A stretch of 32,000 bases of DNA from Desulfobulbus propionicus DSM 2032 (GCF_000186885.1 NC_014972.1:810001-842000), one strand, 5' to 3'. Positions 1 to 10,381 are shown, counted from the stretch's first letter. Made by a program: numbers and translations. Notes: generated from the sequence alone by a model not told the origin.

Positions 1-286
1 GTTCCTCTATGGCGGCATGATTGCCTCGCTGATCGATTGTCACGGCGCGGGGACCGCCGCGGCAGCCAAGGCCAGGCAGGATGGCAAGCCGATTTCCCGC
101 TTCGTCACCGCTTCATTGAAGGTGGACTATCTGGCACCGACGCCGATCAATACCGAGTTGGAGATTCGCGGCAAGGTGGTGGAAATCAAAGGTCGGAAGG
201 TGATCGTCGATCTGGTGGTGTTCGCCGCCGGCACAACCTGCGCCACTGGCACGGTGGTGATGGTGCAACTGAAGGAGCAGAACTGA
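1..286 (+). CDS. PaaI-like / hotdog-fold thioesterase, C-terminal part (5' truncated by window edge)
   Basis: Open frame from the left edge reads FLYGGMIASLIDCHGAGTAA...SRFVTASLKVDYLAPTPINTELEIRGKVVEIKGRKVIV, typical of hotdog thioesterase C-terminal halves; stop at 286. Confidence 0.75.
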   Translation, partial: FLYGGMIASLIDCHGAGTAAAAKARQDGKPISRFVTASLKVDYLAPTPINTELEIRGKVVEIKGRKVIVDLVVFAAGTTCATGTVVMVQLKEQN

Positions 287-464
287 GCGCCGGTTGATCC
301 GGCGCCGACGGTGCGCATCCCGTGATGCACCGACAAGACGGGATTCCGGCGAGTTCACCTGGGGCGGGTGAACGGCCGACAGAGGCGTGCGTGAACCTGT
401 TTACGAGAGATTGATCAGGGCCAAGCGCGGAACGAGCACACAGACTATCTTGGGGGAAATACAC

Positions 465-1610
465 ATGAATTTCGAATTGACAGAAGAGCAAAACTTGATC
501 CGTGACATGGTCCGCAGTTTTGCCGAGACGGAAGTGGCTTCGTCCGCGGCCGAGCGGGACGAGAACGAGCGTTTTGACCGGGCCCTGATGTTTGATCGCC
601 TGGCCGAACTGGGCTTGACAGGTATCGTCTTTCCGGAAGAGTATGGCGGAGCCGGCGCCGATTATATCAGCTATGCCATCGCTGTCGAGGAGTTGTCCCG
701 GGTGTGTGGCTCCACCGGCGTCACCCTGTCGGCCCATCTGTCCCTTTGCGCCAATCCCATCTATATGTTCGGTACCGAGGCACAGAAACAGAAATTCCTG
801 GTGCCGCTGGCCAAGGGCGAGAAAATCGGTGGATTCGGCTTGACCGAGCCTTCCGCCGGCTCCGATGCCGGGGGCACCAAAACCACTGCCACCCGTGATG
901 GCAACGACTGGATCCTCAACGGTTCCAAGATTTTTATCACCAATGCCGGCGAGGCCGAGACCTACGTGGTGCTCGCCCGCAGCGACAAGAATGCGGAAAA
1001 GCACCGCGGTATCAGCGCCTTTATCGTCGAGAAAGGTACCCCTGGATTTTCCTTCGGTAAAAAGGAAAAGAAGATGGGGATTCGCTCCTCGCCCACCATG
1101 GAACTGGTGTTCGAGAACTGCCGCATTCCCGGCGACAATCTGCTTGGCCAGGAAGGCCAGGGATTCAAGGTAGCGATGAAAACCCTGGATGGCGGCCGTA
1201 TCGGCATCGCAGCCCAAGCCCTCGGCATTGCCCAGGGAGCTCTGGATGCAGCCCTCGCCTACACCAAGGAGCGTGAGCAGTTCAACAAACCGATCGCCTC
1301 GTTTCAGGGCGTTTCCTTCCAACTGGCAGACATGGCCACCCAGGTCGAGGCCGCCCGTCTGCTGATTTACAACGCCGCCTATCGGGCCAGCAATGGTCTC
1401 TCCTATTCCCTGGAATCGGCCATGGCCAAATTGTTTGCCTCCGAGACCGCCATGCGGGTGACCACCCAGGCTGTCCAACTGCACGGTGGCTATGGGTACA
1501 CCCGTGAATTTCCGGTTGAGCGGATGATGCGCGACGCCAAGATCACCGAGATTTACGAGGGAACCAGCGAAGTCCAGCGCGTGGTTATCGGGGCCGCTTT
1601 GACTCGATAA
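465..1610 (+). CDS. Acyl-CoA dehydrogenase (short-chain/butyryl-CoA type)
   Basis: 381 aa from ATG at 465: [24 protein letters not shown]...[20 protein letters not shown]...[38 protein letters not shown], canonical ACAD signatures. Confidence 0.96.
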   Translation: MNFELTEEQNLIRDMVRSFAETEVASSAAERDENERFDRALMFDRLAELGLTGIVFPEEYGGAGADYISYAIAVEELSRVCGSTGVTLSAHLSLCANPIYMFGTEAQKQKFLVPLAKGEKIGGFGLTEPSAGSDAGGTKTTATRDGNDWILNGSKIFITNAGEAETYVVLARSDKNAEKHRGISAFIVEKGTPGFSFGKKEKKMGIRSSPTMELVFENCRIPGDNLLGQEGQGFKVAMKTLDGGRIGIAAQALGIAQGALDAALAYTKEREQFNKPIASFQGVSFQLADMATQVEAARLLIYNAAYRASNGLSYSLESAMAKLFASETAMRVTTQAVQLHGGYGYTREFPVERMMRDAKITEIYEGTSEVQRVVIGAALTR

Positions 1611-1751
1611 CAGACTCCGGCCGCCGCAGGCGGCTGGAGCACCTAACCTATTGATGATAAACAAGAAGAGAGCTGCGGCGCAAGCTGCCTCTCTTCTTCT
1701 GCGCAAGCATGAAACACAACGTTTGTTTACGTGAAGGAAGGGGGAGCCTGG

Positions 1752-3731
1752 ATGGAGTTTACCCGTGAAATATATTGGAATGTCGGTCATGGGTTTACTA
1801 CCTTGGCACCCATGTACGGCCTGTTGTTGGTGGCCTTGACCATTTTTGTGATCGGTTTTCTTAAGCGGATCAAGGTCTATCGTCTCGGACAGCCCTTGGA
1901 TCGAACGGACCAACGAGGCGAACGAATCAAATATCTGCTGGAGAATGTGCTGCTCCAGACCAAGGTGATGCGGGTGCCCGGTCCGGGCACGGCGCATGCG
2001 CTTTTTTTCTGGTCGTTTTTCGCCCTGTTCATCGGTACCACCCTGATCGTGATTCAGGCGGATTTCACCGATCTGCTCTTTGACGTCACCTTCCTCAAGG
2101 GAACCTTTTACAAACTGTTTTCCCTGACCCTGGATCTGGCTGGCTTGCTTGCCGTGGCCATGTTGGGCGGTTTGCTGGTACGCCGCTATCTCATCCGCCC
2201 CGAAGGATTGGTGACCAAAGGTGACGATGCCCTGATGCACGCCCTGCTGTTGGCCATTCTCCTCACCGGATTTTGTATCGAAGGCGCCCGCATGGCGGTG
2301 ACCGAGATGGGCACGCCGCTCGCGGCCTGGTCGCCGGTCGGGTTGGCAATAGCCACGCTACTGGGGGGGATGAGCGAAGAGGGGTTGCGCACCCTCCATG
2401 CCGGCTTATGGTGGTTCCACCTGGTGCTGGCGCTTGGGTTCGTGGCGGTCATCCCGTACTCCAAGTTCCGACATATCGTCACCACCAGCGCCAACGCCTT
2501 TCTTGCCGATCGCGGTCCAACAGGCAAGCTGACCACGATCAATCTTGAGGATGAAAACACCGAAAAATTCGGGGCCAATGAACTGACGGACCTGCGCTGG
2601 AAGGACATCTTCGATGCCGACGCCTGCACTTTGTGCAAGCGTTGCCAGGATCGCTGCCCCGCCTTCAATACCGGCAAGCCGCTGTCGCCAATGAAACTGG
2701 TCAATCAGATCGGTGAGGTGGCCTTTGGGAACCGGGAGGCCAATCTGATCGATACCATCGGCCGCGAAGCTCTTTGGGCCTGCACGACCTGTCGGGCTTG
2801 CCAGGACATCTGCCCGGCGTCCATCGAGCATGTGGACAAGATCATCGAGATGCGGCGCAACCTGGTGCTGATGGAAGGGGAATTTCCCGGCGAGGAGGTC
2901 ATGGCGGCCATGGAGCAGACCGAGGTCAACGGCAATCCGCTGGGCTTGGGCTACGCCTCCCGCGGCGATTGGGCCGAATCCCTGGGAATCAAACCTTTGG
3001 CCGAAGATCCGGAGGTGGACCTGCTCTATTTTGTCGGCTGTTACGCGTCCTTCGACAAGCGCAACATCGCGGTGGCCAAGAGCTTTGTCAAGCTCTGCCA
3101 GGCTGCCGGAGTCAAAATTGGCATTCTCGGCAAGGAAGAAAAATGCTGCGGCGAGCCGATGCGCAAGATGGGCAACGAATATCTCTACCAAACCCTGGCC
3201 ATGGAAACCGTGGAGATCATCAAGGGCTATGGGGTGAAGAAAATCGTCACCACCTGTCCGCACTGCTTCAATACCCTGGCCAAGGATTACCGCGACTTTG
3301 ATTTCGACATTGAGGTCGTGCCGCATGCGCTGTTCCTCGAACAGTTGGTCGCTTCCGGTACATTGTCGCTCAAAACCGAATCCTTTGCCTGTACCTACCA
3401 CGACTCCTGCTATTTGGGACGTCATAACGCGATGTACGACGCGCCCCGCAATCTGATTCGGGCGGCGGGAGGCCAGATCACCGAGATGGCCAAAAATCGC
3501 GATCAAGCCTTCTGCTGCAGTGCAGGTGGCGGAAGAATCATGGCCGAAGAAAATATAGGTGAACGGATTAACATCAAGCGGGTGGAAATGGCCGTGGCCA
3601 CCGGGGCCGGGCAACTGCTGTCCAACTGCCCCTTCTGCTTGACCATGTTCGAGGATGGCGTCAAAGGCGCCAATGCCGAAGAACAGCTGCGCCCCCGGGA
3701 TATTGCCGAGATTCTTGCCGAACGGGTATGA
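1752..3731 (+). CDS. Membrane-bound Fe-S oxidoreductase (heterodisulfide-reductase-D-like CCG protein with NarI-like membrane domain), probable ETF:quinone electron carrier
   Basis: N-terminal multi-TM region; two ferredoxin-type motifs (CTLCKRCQDRCP, CTTCRACQDICP); two CCG-type regions (KCCGEPMRKMG, FCCSAGGGR) with paired CPHC/CPFC. Sits between ACAD and etfBA. Confidence 0.9.
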   Translation: MEFTREIYWNVGHGFTTLAPMYGLLLVALTIFVIGFLKRIKVYRLGQPLDRTDQRGERIKYLLENVLLQTKVMRVPGPGTAHALFFWSFFALFIGTTLIVIQADFTDLLFDVTFLKGTFYKLFSLTLDLAGLLAVAMLGGLLVRRYLIRPEGLVTKGDDALMHALLLAILLTGFCIEGARMAVTEMGTPLAAWSPVGLAIATLLGGMSEEGLRTLHAGLWWFHLVLALGFVAVIPYSKFRHIVTTSANAFLADRGPTGKLTTINLEDENTEKFGANELTDLRWKDIFDADACTLCKRCQDRCPAFNTGKPLSPMKLVNQIGEVAFGNREANLIDTIGREALWACTTCRACQDICPASIEHVDKIIEMRRNLVLMEGEFPGEEVMAAMEQTEVNGNPLGLGYASRGDWAESLGIKPLAEDPEVDLLYFVGCYASFDKRNIAVAKSFVKLCQAAGVKIGILGKEEKCCGEPMRKMGNEYLYQTLAMETVEIIKGYGVKKIVTTCPHCFNTLAKDYRDFDFDIEVVPHALFLEQLVASGTLSLKTESFACTYHDSCYLGRHNAMYDAPRNLIRAAGGQITEMAKNRDQAFCCSAGGGRIMAEENIGERINIKRVEMAVATGAGQLLSNCPFCLTMFEDGVKGANAEEQLRPRDIAEILAERV

Positions 3732-3785
3732 ATTTCGCGTTGACCATAGAGTAACCACACTTTGCCTGACTGCTGGAGGGAAGCA

Positions 3786-4556
3786 ATGAAAATACTGATT
3801 TGTATCAAACAGGTTCCAGACATGGAATCCAAATTCAAGATCAACGGCGAAAAAACCTGGTACGATCGGGCGGATCTCGCCTGGCGGATGAATGAGTATG
3901 ACGAATATGCGGTTGAGCAGGCTGTCCGGCTGAAGGAACAGGTAAAAGATGCCGACCTGACCGTGCTCTGCATCGGCCCGGACCAGGTGACCGAAACCAT
4001 CAAGAAAGCCTTGGCCATGGGGTGTGACCGTGGGGTGCACATCAACGACGCTGATTCCCATAAGCGGGAGCCGATCGAGATTGCCTCGATGATCGCCGGT
4101 TTTGCCAAGGACAAGCAGTTCGACATTATTTTCACCGGCATGCAGTCGCAGGACCGGGGCAGCGCCCAGGTGGGCGTCATGGTGGCCGAGCTGCTGGACA
4201 TGCCGGCGGTGACCACCATCGTCGGCTTCACCTACGACAACGGGACCATCAACCTCAAACGGGAGCTGGAAGGGGGGAGCAAGGCCCTGGTGACCGCCAC
4301 CACTCCGGTGGTGCTCACCTGTCAGCTGGGTCTCAACACCCCGCGTTATCCGACCTTGCCTAATATCATGAAAGCCAAAAAGAAGGAACTGCTCACCCTG
4401 GCGCCCGATACCGGTGGAATGGACACCCTGCAAGAAACGACAGCCTGCTTTTTCCCGGAGAAAAAGGGGGGCGGCCTGGTGCTGGAGGGCGATGTCGCCG
4501 ATCTGGCTGACAAACTGATCCACCTGCTCAAAGAAAAAACCGGCGTGTTGGCCTAG
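3786..4556 (+). CDS. etfB: Electron transfer flavoprotein beta subunit
   Basis: MKILICIKQVPDMESKFKINGE...DRGVHINDAD...DIIFTGMQSQDRGSAQVGVMVAELL; RBS-like ggaggg upstream. Confidence 0.95.
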   Translation: MKILICIKQVPDMESKFKINGEKTWYDRADLAWRMNEYDEYAVEQAVRLKEQVKDADLTVLCIGPDQVTETIKKALAMGCDRGVHINDADSHKREPIEIASMIAGFAKDKQFDIIFTGMQSQDRGSAQVGVMVAELLDMPAVTTIVGFTYDNGTINLKRELEGGSKALVTATTPVVLTCQLGLNTPRYPTLPNIMKAKKKELLTLAPDTGGMDTLQETTACFFPEKKGGGLVLEGDVADLADKLIHLLKEKTGVLA

Positions 4557-4565
4557 GAGAGAATC

Positions 4566-5483
4566 ATGAAGACCTTACTTGTGGCGGAATTCCGGGAAGG
4601 AAAACTGCGTGTCAAATATTCGCAGCTGATTGCCTTTGCCAATCAGCTGCAAACCGAAACCGCGATGTTCCTGGTGGGCAGCCCCAGCGAATTGCCCCAA
4701 TTCAACGGGACCCTGTATTTGGCCGATGTGGGCAAATACGGGGAATACAATCCTGCTGTGCACAAGCAACTGCTGCTCGATGTCATCGCCAAGGAGCAAC
4801 CGGACCAGATCGTGTTCCACCATTCCTCCTATGGCTGGGACCTGGCGCCAAGGATTGCCGTGGCACTCAAGGCCGCCCAGATTTCCGAGGTCATCGCGGT
4901 TGAGGATGGCCTGCCGGTTGTTCCGGTGTGTAATGCCAAGTTGCGCCGGAAGATCAAGGCGACTTCCGCCAAGTCCGTGTTGACCTTGCAGGCCGGAGCT
5001 TTTGGCTTGGAAGAGGATCCGGTCGGCACTCCCACCGTGGTGGCGATAGACACCGTGGCGGGCGGCACGGTACAATGCACTGGCTACGAGGCCGCCAAGA
5101 TCGAGGGAGTGGATTTAACCAAGGCGGAGATTATTGTCAGTGCCGGACGCGGCGTTGGTAAACCGGAAAACGTGGCCATGGTGCAGGCTTTGGCCAAGGC
5201 TTTGGGCGGGGAATACGGTGCCAGCCGGCCGGTGGTCGATGCCGGTTGGGTGGAACATAACCGCCAAGTGGGCACCACTGGGAGCACGGTCACCCCCAAA
5301 CTCTACGTGGCCTGCGGTATTTCCGGCGCGATCCAGCATTTGGCGGGCATGAAAAAGTCGGAGTTCATCGTTGCCATCAACACCGACAAGGATGCGCCCA
5401 TCGGTGAGGTGGCCAATGTGTTGGTGGTGGCCGATCTCAAACAGTTCATTCCCGTGCTGACCGAAAAGCTCAACGCCCGTTGA
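4566..5483 (+). CDS. etfA: Electron transfer flavoprotein alpha subunit
   Basis: C-terminal FAD-binding signature ...[73 protein letters not shown]; 9 nt downstream of etfB. Confidence 0.95.
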   Translation: MKTLLVAEFREGKLRVKYSQLIAFANQLQTETAMFLVGSPSELPQFNGTLYLADVGKYGEYNPAVHKQLLLDVIAKEQPDQIVFHHSSYGWDLAPRIAVALKAAQISEVIAVEDGLPVVPVCNAKLRRKIKATSAKSVLTLQAGAFGLEEDPVGTPTVVAIDTVAGGTVQCTGYEAAKIEGVDLTKAEIIVSAGRGVGKPENVAMVQALAKALGGEYGASRPVVDAGWVEHNRQVGTTGSTVTPKLYVACGISGAIQHLAGMKKSEFIVAINTDKDAPIGEVANVLVVADLKQFIPVLTEKLNAR

Positions 5484-5515
5484 CGACGGGGAAGCTCTCC
5501 GGACAAACACATTGA

Positions 5516-5549
5516 CCGCGCCGGCAACCCGTTGCCGGCGCGGTTTTTT
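5516..5549 (+). terminator. Rho-independent terminator after etfA
   Basis: CCGCGCCGGCAA-cccg-TTGCCGGCGCGG followed by TTTTTT. Confidence 0.9.
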
Positions 5550-5589
5550 GTTGCCGTGCTGTCGGTAGAACCAGTGCGATTCATTCAAT

Positions 5590-5620
5590 AAAAAAGCCGC
5601 ATCCCAAAAGGATGCGGCTT
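5590..5620 (-). terminator. Rho-independent terminator for the Tim44-like gene
   Basis: On the minus strand AAGCCGCATCC-ttttg-GGATGCGGCTT followed by a T run (plus strand aaaaaagccgcatcc...ggatgcggctt). Confidence 0.85.
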
Positions 5621-5649
5621 GAACAAGCAATGTGACGCGCAGAAGCGTT

Positions 5650-6591
5650 TTACCCTTCGACCACCTCAATGCCTTCCAATTTCCAATCTTCTGTACGCAT
5701 CGGTCGTGCCCAGGTCCATTTTTCGGCAAATTTAATCGGCTCGGTCATGCTGCCTTCCACAAGGGCTCCGGTCTTTTCATCAACCGTGTAATCGAGCAGG
5801 TTGGCGGTAAACAACACCGTGACGAAATCCTCGCCGTTATCGCTGCCAGCGGCAATAATTTCCACTTTGCGCACGGCAATGCTCTCCAGTTTGTTGATCT
5901 GCCCGAGTTCTTGCATGCGGGCAAAATGTTGTTCATATTCCGCCGCCAGTTGCTGGCCCAGCAGATGACGGTAGGATGAAAGATCGCGTCGCATCCAGCC
6001 TGCCTGGATCTTGAAGAACACGTCGGAGGCCACTTCGAGAAAGTATTTATCGTCGAATCCAGGATCAGTGGCGCGAATCTCGGCCAAGCCCTGTTCCATC
6101 GTATTGGTTGCGCGAATGGGTGGGATCGGAGGCACCGGCGGAACGGTGTTGCCGGCAAACTGGCCGCCGCCACCCTGGAACATATTTGGCGCTGGGGGCG
6201 GTTGATAGCCGGAAGAAGAGGGGGCTGCGGGGCGATTGACAAAACGTTTGTAGAGAAAATAGCCCACGCCGCCAAGGATCAGCAGCGGCAGAATGCCCAT
6301 GCCGCTGCCGCTGGCACCGAACAGGCTGCCAAAGAGGAGGCCGCCAAGGGCGCCGCCGAGCAGACCGCCCATCAGGCCACGGCTGAAACTGCCTGGTTGC
6401 GATTGTTGCTGCCGCTGATTGAATTGGCTCGGCGCCTGCTGTTGGGAAGGACGACTCGATGGGCTGCTGAACGAGCGGCCACCGGATTTAGAGCGCGCGT
6501 CGGCGTAATCGGTGGTCCAACCGCCCTCCATGAAGGCAAGTGTAAACACTACAAGCAAGAAAGGGGTCCATCGTCTCAATAAAGCGGTCAT
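5650..6591 (-). CDS. Tim44-like domain protein with signal/TM N-terminus and Gly-rich hydrophobic segment
   Basis: SFSRGLMGGLLGGALGGLLFGSLFG...ILPLLILGGVGYFLYKRF linker followed by a Tim44-like C-terminal domain (...DLSSYRHLLGQQLAAEYEQHFARMQELGQINKLESIAVRKVEI...FAEKWTWARP). Confidence 0.85.
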   Translation of the reverse strand: MTALLRRWTPFLLVVFTLAFMEGGWTTDYADARSKSGGRSFSSPSSRPSQQQAPSQFNQRQQQSQPGSFSRGLMGGLLGGALGGLLFGSLFGASGSGMGILPLLILGGVGYFLYKRFVNRPAAPSSSGYQPPPAPNMFQGGGGQFAGNTVPPVPPIPPIRATNTMEQGLAEIRATDPGFDDKYFLEVASDVFFKIQAGWMRRDLSSYRHLLGQQLAAEYEQHFARMQELGQINKLESIAVRKVEIIAAGSDNGEDFVTVLFTANLLDYTVDEKTGALVEGSMTEPIKFAEKWTWARPMRTEDWKLEGIEVVEG

Positions 6592-7234
6592 AACATATCC
6601 ATCTCAGGGGTTGGTGGGGAACAACAGAGGTTGTCGCTTCTCTGTCGGGAACTGCAAGGGGTGCTGACAACCAGTCATGTCAACAATGAATTGGTTGTAG
6701 TTTAATGGTGATCAGGGCAATGTCAAGGTATTCCGGTCTTGCCTATGACGGTTTCACGCCAACCTTATCCCCATTTTCGCGCAGTTCATGCAAACAGAAT
6801 CGCCGTTGGGGCTGGCGCCGCCCTGCTGGCCTTTCTCGCGCTGATGGGGCACGAGCCAATCTCGGCGCCCATTTTTTCAGGGCTGCCTGCGGTCTTGTCA
6901 GTGGCCTGTAGGCCGGCCGTGGCCGTCTATCGGAGAGGTGGCGGCACCCCGCCCCAAAGTTGCGTTGTTTGCCGTGAGCATGGAATAAATGGGCCCGTCG
7001 TTTCTCTCCTGGCCGGTTGATCCTTGTACGCCACGGGGAAGAAAGCGTCGATTGCCATCCGATCTTGTTTGACGTTGCGCCGAGAAATGCATAATATGCC
7101 TGCAATTTGTTGTCTCCAGCACCGTTGCCGTTGGCGCAATGATGCGCGCCCTCGCGGGATAGCCTGATCATCCTGTCGGCAGCTGGTGCATTACGACCCT
7201 CTCATTGATTACCTACCACCACTGGAGCCGTTTC

Positions 7235-8356
7235 ATGCCGATGAATGAACAACCGCCCTGGGGGCAGAAGAAAAAACCTTCAGGACCGGAGGATGTCCTT
7301 GCCCAGCTTATTCAAAAAATCCGGGATACCTTTTCGGGCAAAGAGGAGGGCCGCCCCCAGGGCGGTTCAGAAGGTCCGTCACCTGTCCAGCCAGCCGGTT
7401 TTTTGCCCGGAGCCGGCAAACTGCTGGCCATTGTGGCCGCTGTTCTTCTTCTTCAGGGCGCGTTTTCCTGCTTCTACACCATCAAGCCTGGTGAAGTCGG
7501 AGTTGTACTCCGTTTCGGACAATATACCCGGACCACTCAGCCCGGCTTGCATTTCAAGATTCCCTATGTGGAAGACTTGGCCAAGGTGGATGTGGAAAGT
7601 GTGCGCAAGGAGGAGTTCGGCTTTCGGACCCGCACCCCGGGGATCAGCACTACCTTTGAACGCAAGGGCTACGACATGGAGTCCTTGATGCTCACCGGCG
7701 ACAAGGACGTGATCGAGGTAGCCTGGATCGTTCAATACAAGGTCAGCGATCCGGTGAATTTTCTCTTCAAGGTCCGCGATGTGGCTCAGACGGTGCGGGA
7801 CGCCTCGGAAACGGTCACCCGGCGCATTGTCGGCAACATGGATTTCGACTACGTCCTCGGGAACCGTGAAATCCTGGCGGCCAACGCCAAGCAGGAACTG
7901 CAGGCGCAAATGGACCGGCTGCAGTGCGGCATCAATGTCGTCACCGTGCAGTTGCTGGATATCAATCCGCCCGAGCAGGTCAAGCCGGCCTTCAACGAAG
8001 TCAACGAGGCGGATCAGGACATGAAACGGCTGGTCAATGAAGCCGAGGAAACCTACAACAAGGTTATCCCCAAGGCGCGCGGCAGCGCCAAGCAGATTGT
8101 CGAGGAAGCACGGGGCTACGCGGTGGAACGGACCAACCGGGCCAACGGCGAAACTCACCGATTCAAGGCGGTTGTCAAGGAATACGAAGGGGCGGAAAGT
8201 GTGACCCGTCAGCGGCTGTATCTGGAGGCCATGGAGGAAATTCTGCCCCAGGTGGAGCATATTTATGTCATGGACAGGAGCCAGCAGAGCATTTTGCCGC
8301 TCTTTGATGTGACCCGAAAGGCAAGCCCGGCACAACCGTCCGACACAGCCAGGTAG
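7235..8356 (+). CDS. hflK: FtsH protease activity modulator HflK (SPFH/Band 7)
   Basis: MPMNEQPPWGQKKKPSGPEDVLAQ..., TM, IKPGEVGVVLRFGQYTRTTQPGLHFKIPYVEDLAKVDVE...LLDINPPEQVKPAFNEVNEADQD. Confidence 0.92.
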   Translation: MPMNEQPPWGQKKKPSGPEDVLAQLIQKIRDTFSGKEEGRPQGGSEGPSPVQPAGFLPGAGKLLAIVAAVLLLQGAFSCFYTIKPGEVGVVLRFGQYTRTTQPGLHFKIPYVEDLAKVDVESVRKEEFGFRTRTPGISTTFERKGYDMESLMLTGDKDVIEVAWIVQYKVSDPVNFLFKVRDVAQTVRDASETVTRRIVGNMDFDYVLGNREILAANAKQELQAQMDRLQCGINVVTVQLLDINPPEQVKPAFNEVNEADQDMKRLVNEAEETYNKVIPKARGSAKQIVEEARGYAVERTNRANGETHRFKAVVKEYEGAESVTRQRLYLEAMEEILPQVEHIYVMDRSQQSILPLFDVTRKASPAQPSDTAR

Positions 8357-8409
8357 CCTCGTTTCTTGCGTGCATCGAATCGATAACTTCTGCCAAACGA
8401 CACAAACTT

Positions 8410-9351
8410 ATGGATAAAATTATTCGTCCTCTCGTTCTCATCCTGCTGATCGCTGCCGGCATCGCCGTCTGGGACGGCTTCTTCATCCTCCCGGAAGGTC
8501 AGCAGGCCGTCATCACTCAGTTCGGTGCCCCGGTTGGTGCACCCGTGACCAAGGCCGGCCTCAAGTTCAAGACTCCTTTCATCCAGGTTGTGCAATATTT
8601 CGACAAACGGATCCTGGTATGGGACGGTGACCCCAATCAAATTCCGACCAACGACAAGACCTTCATTTACATGGACAACACCGCCCGTTGGCGTATTTCC
8701 GATCCCCTGCGGTTTCTCCAGGCCGTGGGCAATGAAAGACGGGCGACCTCCCTGCTCAACGATATCCTGGCTGGCACGGTGCGCGACTTGGTCAACAAAA
8801 ACGATCTGATCGAAATCATCCGCAGTTCCGACTGGTCGCCGGATTATATGGCCGCAACGGTGCAGTCGCGGGATATGGTGGTGCCGCCCAAGGTCGGTCG
8901 GGACAAGATCAGCCAGATGGTGTTGGATGCCGCTTCGAAAATCACTCCTCAATACGGTATTGAACTGCTGGATGTGATGTTTACCCGGGTCAACTATATC
9001 GAGTCGGTTCGCTTGAAGGTCTATGACCGGATGATCTCCGAGCGCAAACGAATCGCGGCGGAAAAACGCTCGACCGGCGAGGGCCGCAAGGCCGAGATCC
9101 TGGGACGGGTTGACCGGGAATTGCAGGAGATCACCTCAACCGCCAAGCGGGAGGCCACCGAGATTCGGGGTAAGGCCGATGCCGAGGCGGCCAAAATCTA
9201 CGCCCAGGCATATTCGAGCAACCCCGAATTTTTCGCTTTCCAGAAAAGTCTGGAGAGCTATCGTTCCATCATCGGTAAGAACACCTCGCTGGTGCTCTCG
9301 GCCGATTCCGATCTGTTTCGCTATCTGGAGCGGCAACGAATGCCGAATTGA
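8410..9351 (+). CDS. hflC: Protease modulator HflC (SPFH/Band 7)
   Basis: MDKIIRPLVLILLIAAGIAVWDGFFILPEGQQAVITQFG...VMFTRVNYIESVRLKVYDRMISERKRIAAEKRSTGEGRKAEILG; immediately downstream of hflK. Confidence 0.93.
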   Translation: MDKIIRPLVLILLIAAGIAVWDGFFILPEGQQAVITQFGAPVGAPVTKAGLKFKTPFIQVVQYFDKRILVWDGDPNQIPTNDKTFIYMDNTARWRISDPLRFLQAVGNERRATSLLNDILAGTVRDLVNKNDLIEIIRSSDWSPDYMAATVQSRDMVVPPKVGRDKISQMVLDAASKITPQYGIELLDVMFTRVNYIESVRLKVYDRMISERKRIAAEKRSTGEGRKAEILGRVDRELQEITSTAKREATEIRGKADAEAAKIYAQAYSSNPEFFAFQKSLESYRSIIGKNTSLVLSADSDLFRYLERQRMPN

Positions 9352-9394
9352 TCGTGGGAATCATTTTTTTGGAGCGCGACCGTACAGCGGGCGG

Positions 9395-10072
9395 TTAATC
9401 AAAGACAATGCCGGGGCCTTCATCGGCAAAACTTGGTCGTTGCTCCCGTGAATAGGGAATCCGGCCACGGTCCTCAAGCAATATCTCGAACTGGCGCAAT
9501 TCGGCTTCGGTGGTGATGGCATCGAGGCCGAGCTGTTCATAGCGGCAATCGCAATGGATCAGCTGGCCGCCGCACCAGGGGCAGAGCTCCACCGGGCAGC
9601 CCAGTTCGTGATATTCGCCGGCGGTGGTGTGGCAGGCTGGACAGATATCTTCATCGAGCTGCAGCGGTTCATAGATGGGCAGGGCTTCAGCGGTGGCCGC
9701 GCAGACCGCCTCGAAAGCGGCGGCGTCGTCGTATCCGAAAAAATCAAGAAGCTCACGGGCGAGAAATCCGTCATTCATGCTGCCTTGAAATTCAATACCC
9801 TCGCTGGAGACCAGGTACAGGTACCGTTGTTCGGCGGTAATGGCCGCCAAAAGAAAGATGCCCTGGTGGCGGTTGACCAGTCGTACCTCGCGGACCCACT
9901 CCTCCCGGGCTTCGGGCAGGTAACTATAGAATTCCAGCAGTAGGCTGAGGCCAATACGGTCCTCGCGGTAGATGTCGAGCAGATCCTCCGCCTCCGCCCG
10001 GTCAGCCTCGGGAACGGCGTAGTCCATGGCGATGAGGATGGCTTTTCGTTGTTGGTGCAGATCGTTGAGCAT
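9395..10072 (-). CDS. Conserved hypothetical protein with C-terminal Cys-rich putative zinc ribbon
   Basis: ORF with likely ATG at 10072 (MLNDLHQQRKAILIAMDYAV...); contains CPACHTTAGEYHELGCPVELCPWCGGQLIHCDC. Confidence 0.7.
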   Translation of the reverse strand: MLNDLHQQRKAILIAMDYAVPEADRAEAEDLLDIYREDRIGLSLLLEFYSYLPEAREEWVREVRLVNRHQGIFLLAAITAEQRYLYLVSSEGIEFQGSMNDGFLARELLDFFGYDDAAAFEAVCAATAEALPIYEPLQLDEDICPACHTTAGEYHELGCPVELCPWCGGQLIHCDCRYEQLGLDAITTEAELRQFEILLEDRGRIPYSREQRPSFADEGPGIVFD

Positions 10073-10381
10073 TGTCTGTTGGTGAGAGGGAAGTGGGGTT
10101 GGTGGATATCCGAAGACGACTCGCGTACGAGCCCGCGGACGGTTGAATTTCAGGGGTAAATACGATAAGGTGGCCACCACGGTCCGTGGGGGGAGGAGTA
10201 GCGGTTCGGGGTTTCCTTGAATTGTCCGCCAAGTCGGTATCGCTCCGTCCGCATTCTACTCAAACCGCACCGGCTATGCATCTTTTTTGCCGCTTTGCCG
10301 TTCTTGCCGAGGCCTGGACGCCCCGCAGTCACCACCTCTTCCCTGAGATCGACGACCACCCTGTGCAGGAGGAAAATTTTC

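Noticed and set aside
287-335. Inverted repeats after the thioesterase stop (GCGCCGG-ttgat-CCGGCGC and CGGTGCGCATC/GATGCACCG)
   Set aside because: They can fold but lack a T tract, and the region is GC-rich enough that chance pairing cannot be excluded; not called as a terminator.
186-2240. 684-aa minus-strand ORF
   Set aside because: Antisense to the confidently identified acyl-CoA dehydrogenase and Fe-S protein; low-complexity H/Q/G-rich shadow ORF typical of GC-rich coding DNA.
2406-4523. 705-aa minus-strand ORF
   Set aside because: Antisense shadow of the Fe-S oxidoreductase and etfB; no recognisable domain.
6705-7171. Small overlapping ORFs upstream of hflK
   Set aside because: No domain, no convincing RBS and several mutually overlapping frames; probably a non-coding intergenic region.
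7379-8335. 318-aa minus-strand ORF over hflK
   Set aside because: Shadow ORF opposite a strongly supported gene.
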